Positions 61,664 through 64,000 of a stretch of DNA of 64,000 bases are shown here, one piece after another (position 1 is the first letter of the stretch; each line of letters starts with the position of its first letter). A model generated the notes under the pieces. The model was not told where the DNA came from, made no database searches, and worked only from the letters and a program-made list of their open reading frames with translations. The DNA lies in the IMG/VR virus record IMGVR_UViG_3300005326_000044, positions 1-64,000 of that record; one strand, written 5' to 3'. Source of the DNA: a virus. The position numbers and the translations under genes were made by a program.

Positions 61664-64000
61664 ATGATTTTTGTTGGCAAAGACGTAAGAGTCTATATTC
61701 AGAATAGTAAAAACATTTATGTGTTACATGATGCGTCTGGTGTTGTAATTAAAAAAAGCGGCCATATAACGTTTGATTTTCCTGTCGAAGCAAAAGCTGT
61801 TGAGCTTGTTATTTCTAAAATTGGCGGAGATGGTAAATTTTTCATAGATGGAGATGAGTGTGTTGCATCTTTGGTTCGGAATAATTTTTTGATAGATACT
61901 TCGGCGGCCAAACAAATTACTATTTCAAGACCAGTGCAATGTACTGGGGATATTATTGTATCTAGCCTTAGAATTATTCAATCTAACAAACAAGAAACAA
62001 TCATCATGGCAAATAGTGCAAGCATTAGGTCTAACTTATCTAAGTGCCGGGAAGTAAAAGGTTTTACATTTGTTGTTGGGCATGTCTTGGCTCAACCTAA
62101 CGCTTCCATTGAATTGGGCAAGGATGCAGGGCTTAAAACATTAATAACTGCGCCTGAAAATTGTTACAAGTTTGTTGATGATAAAATCATTTTTCCAATC
62201 AAATGTAAAATTATAGAATTTGAAATAACTGGTGGGGCCGAAAGTAGGCAGAATATGATTGAAGAAGTCATAGATGCTGATTTAAGTAAGTCTCCCGAAA
62301 TAGATGTTAGTAGCAAACCTCGTCAAGAAGAAGTGGCTGTAGCTTCTCCTGCGATAATTGACACTACAATCCATACAGTGTTTTACTCTTCGCAAGATAA
62401 TAAGTTTTCATCTGCTGTTAAGCGACGTGGGCACTTTGTAAATTTGCGGCCGGGCCATGTGAATAATGAACTTTTATTGTATCCAAACACAGAAATAAAG
62501 ATTCCGTATGTTGCTGACGCAGGTACGAATGCGGTTGAAATAATCATTGGAACTAAACAAAATCAAAGAAAAGGCTGTCCTATTACTGTTGGTGTAGTAG
62601 ATTCTTCGGGCGTCTTTAACAGTGAAGTTACATCAATAGAAGAAGCTGAGTTTAGAATCTATGTGCCTACTACGGTAGGGAATAATGAAGCAATAATAAG
62701 TATCCCTGCAAATTTTAAAGATGGGCTGAGGCTAAATAAACTTATCATTAGAAGAAGCTCGATGCAGAAGGTTGTAGAAGCTAGAGCTATAGCTACGGCA
62801 AAAATCCTAAATCTTCCTGTTAAGACGGCTAAATCAAATCAAGAAACGCTCGATACAAGCGTTAATATGTTGTCTAGCCTTGGCAAGAAACGCAAGGTTT
62901 CTATTGTGATGTCTTTGAAAAATAGAACCAATTTTCTTAAGTACACTTTGGAAACTTTGATCAAGCAAACAATGCCAAAGGATGATTTTGAACTGGTGGT
63001 TGTGGATGACGGCTCATCGGAAGATTTGGAAGGTTTTCTACTTAAGTACTCAAAACGACTGAACATAAAGTACATCAAGATTAATTACCATAAGTCTGAT
63101 ATCCCCATTTGGAGCCATACGCCAGCGCTGTCGAATAATGTTGGTTTTAAAAATGCTGATGGAGAAGTAATTATCATTTGTGGTCCTGAGATTTTGCATA
63201 AAGAGACAAACCTTGAAGTGGCGTATCGAGCAGCGATGAGAGATATTTCAGCCTTTGGTTTGGTGTGGCATAGCAATATGCATTTTGTTAACAACGTTTT
63301 TGCTATGCCTGACCCGGAAAAAATCAGCTTTGATAATTATATGAAGATGAGCGGGTCCCAGCATGAGTGTATAACGAAGAACGCTTTCTATTGGTATTTG
63401 CTTGCTGTAAAAAAAGAACACGTAATGCGAATTGGTGGCGTTGACGAAGAGTATGGGCGAGGGGTCTGTGGTGAGGATGATAACTTTGCTGCGCGCCTCA
63501 ATGTAGCAAAAGTGCCAAATACTCATGCGTTTGACATAGTAGCTATTCATATGGAACACAATATGGGGGATGACAAATATGATAAAAAGCGTCATCGGAA
63601 CACAAGAGAATGGAAAGAGGCGAGACAAATCAACTTAGTTCGTTGGAACGAATGGCACCATCATAAGAAGGCAGTAGCAAATGAGAACCGCGAATGGGGA
63701 AGCAATAATGTAATTGATGTGATTAAGTCTATTAGAGACGGTTTGGTTTTCGATCATAAAAACTATGATGTAACAACAACATATAAATTGAATAATTTGA
63801 AAGTTCTGTATTTGCCCTTAGCAAAGCAAACAGGGACAGAAGAGGCATTTAAGAAATTTGGAGTAGACCTGAAGATATTTGATTTTCTTGGGGCAGCAGG
63901 AGGTTCCGGTTCAAGAAAAAAGCAAGCTAATGAAGAGCTTGTGCGCGTTGCAACCGAATTCAAGCCGGACCTTATTCATATGCAGCTTCAATACACAAAT
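61664..64000 (+). CDS. Multidomain glycosyltransferase, 3'-partial: unknown beta-rich N-terminus, GT2 domain, start of a GT-B-like domain
   Basis: Manually translated open frame from ATG 61664 (AGGAG RBS) to the window end. From ~62894: KVSIVMSLKNRT...FELVVVDDGSSED...NVGFKNADGEVIII...IGGVDEEYGRGVCGEDDNFAARL. Then LKVLYL...FKPDLIHMQLQ. Confidence 0.85.
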   Translation, partial: MIFVGKDVRVYIQNSKNIYVLHDASGVVIKKSGHITFDFPVEAKAVELVISKIGGDGKFFIDGDECVASLVRNNFLIDTSAAKQITISRPVQCTGDIIVSSLRIIQSNKQETIIMANSASIRSNLSKCREVKGFTFVVGHVLAQPNASIELGKDAGLKTLITAPENCYKFVDDKIIFPIKCKIIEFEITGGAESRQNMIEEVIDADLSKSPEIDVSSKPRQEEVAVASPAIIDTTIHTVFYSSQDNKFSSAVKRRGHFVNLRPGHVNNELLLYPNTEIKIPYVADAGTNAVEIIIGTKQNQRKGCPITVGVVDSSGVFNSEVTSIEEAEFRIYVPTTVGNNEAIISIPANFKDGLRLNKLIIRRSSMQKVVEARAIATAKILNLPVKTAKSNQETLDTSVNMLSSLGKKRKVSIVMSLKNRTNFLKYTLETLIKQTMPKDDFELVVVDDGSSEDLEGFLLKYSKRLNIKYIKINYHKSDIPIWSHTPALSNNVGFKNADGEVIIICGPEILHKETNLEVAYRAAMRDISAFGLVWHSNMHFVNNVFAMPDPEKISFDNYMKMSGSQHECITKNAFYWYLLAVKKEHVMRIGGVDEEYGRGVCGEDDNFAARLNVAKVPNTHAFDIVAIHMEHNMGDDKYDKKRHRNTREWKEARQINLVRWNEWHHHKKAVANENREWGSNNVIDVIKSIRDGLVFDHKNYDVTTTYKLNNLKVLYLPLAKQTGTEEAFKKFGVDLKIFDFLGAAGGSGSRKKQANEELVRVATEFKPDLIHMQLQYTN

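Noticed and set aside
305-63963. The many short minus-strand and nested plus-strand ORFs
   Set aside because: All overlap long plus-strand genes, have no recognisable motifs and look like antisense or off-frame shadows.
1-64000. Eukaryotic giant virus (collagen plus GTs plus a sugar enzyme resemble Mimiviridae)
   Set aside because: Contractile sheath/tube/baseplate genes, Shine-Dalgarno motifs and overlapping operonic genes indicate a prokaryotic tailed virus.
1-64000. Stop-codon reassignment, as in some huge phages
   Set aside because: Very long ORFs are intact in code 11, and TAA, TAG and TGA all end genes at sensible boundaries.

Overview
A gene-dense, entirely plus-strand segment of a large tailed phage genome (jumbo/huge-phage-like, contractile tail), read in standard code 11. 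Bases 1-55.8 kb are a virion morphogenesis module. It opens with a >2070-aa collagen/beta-roll/S74 fibre that is 5'-truncated (the ORF track misses its first ~223 codons), followed by a putative neck protein and several giant fibre/spike/decoration proteins. Then come a tail terminator, sheath, tube, a tail-assembly-chaperone pair joined by a -1 slippery site, tape measure, tube initiator, hub, central spike, gp25-like, baseplate J-like and gpI/LamG-like wedge proteins, and a dockerin-bearing protein. Bases 56.0-64 kb are a sugar-modification cluster: GT4, several GT2, GDP-L-fucose synthase, a GT9-like protein, and a 3'-truncated multidomain GT missed by the ORF track. The most striking unexplained signal is the tripeptide Asp-Gly-Tyr (DGY). 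By hand count it occurs 31 times in ten predicted surface-exposed virion proteins, including tandem clusters, and never in about 9,600 aa of tail-core and enzyme proteins. Together with the adjacent glycosyltransferases, this suggests a possible phage-encoded virion modification system (e.g. Tyr-O-glycosylation) with its own sequon. That link is inference. All family assignments come from motif recognition and gene order, not database searches. The host cannot be determined.
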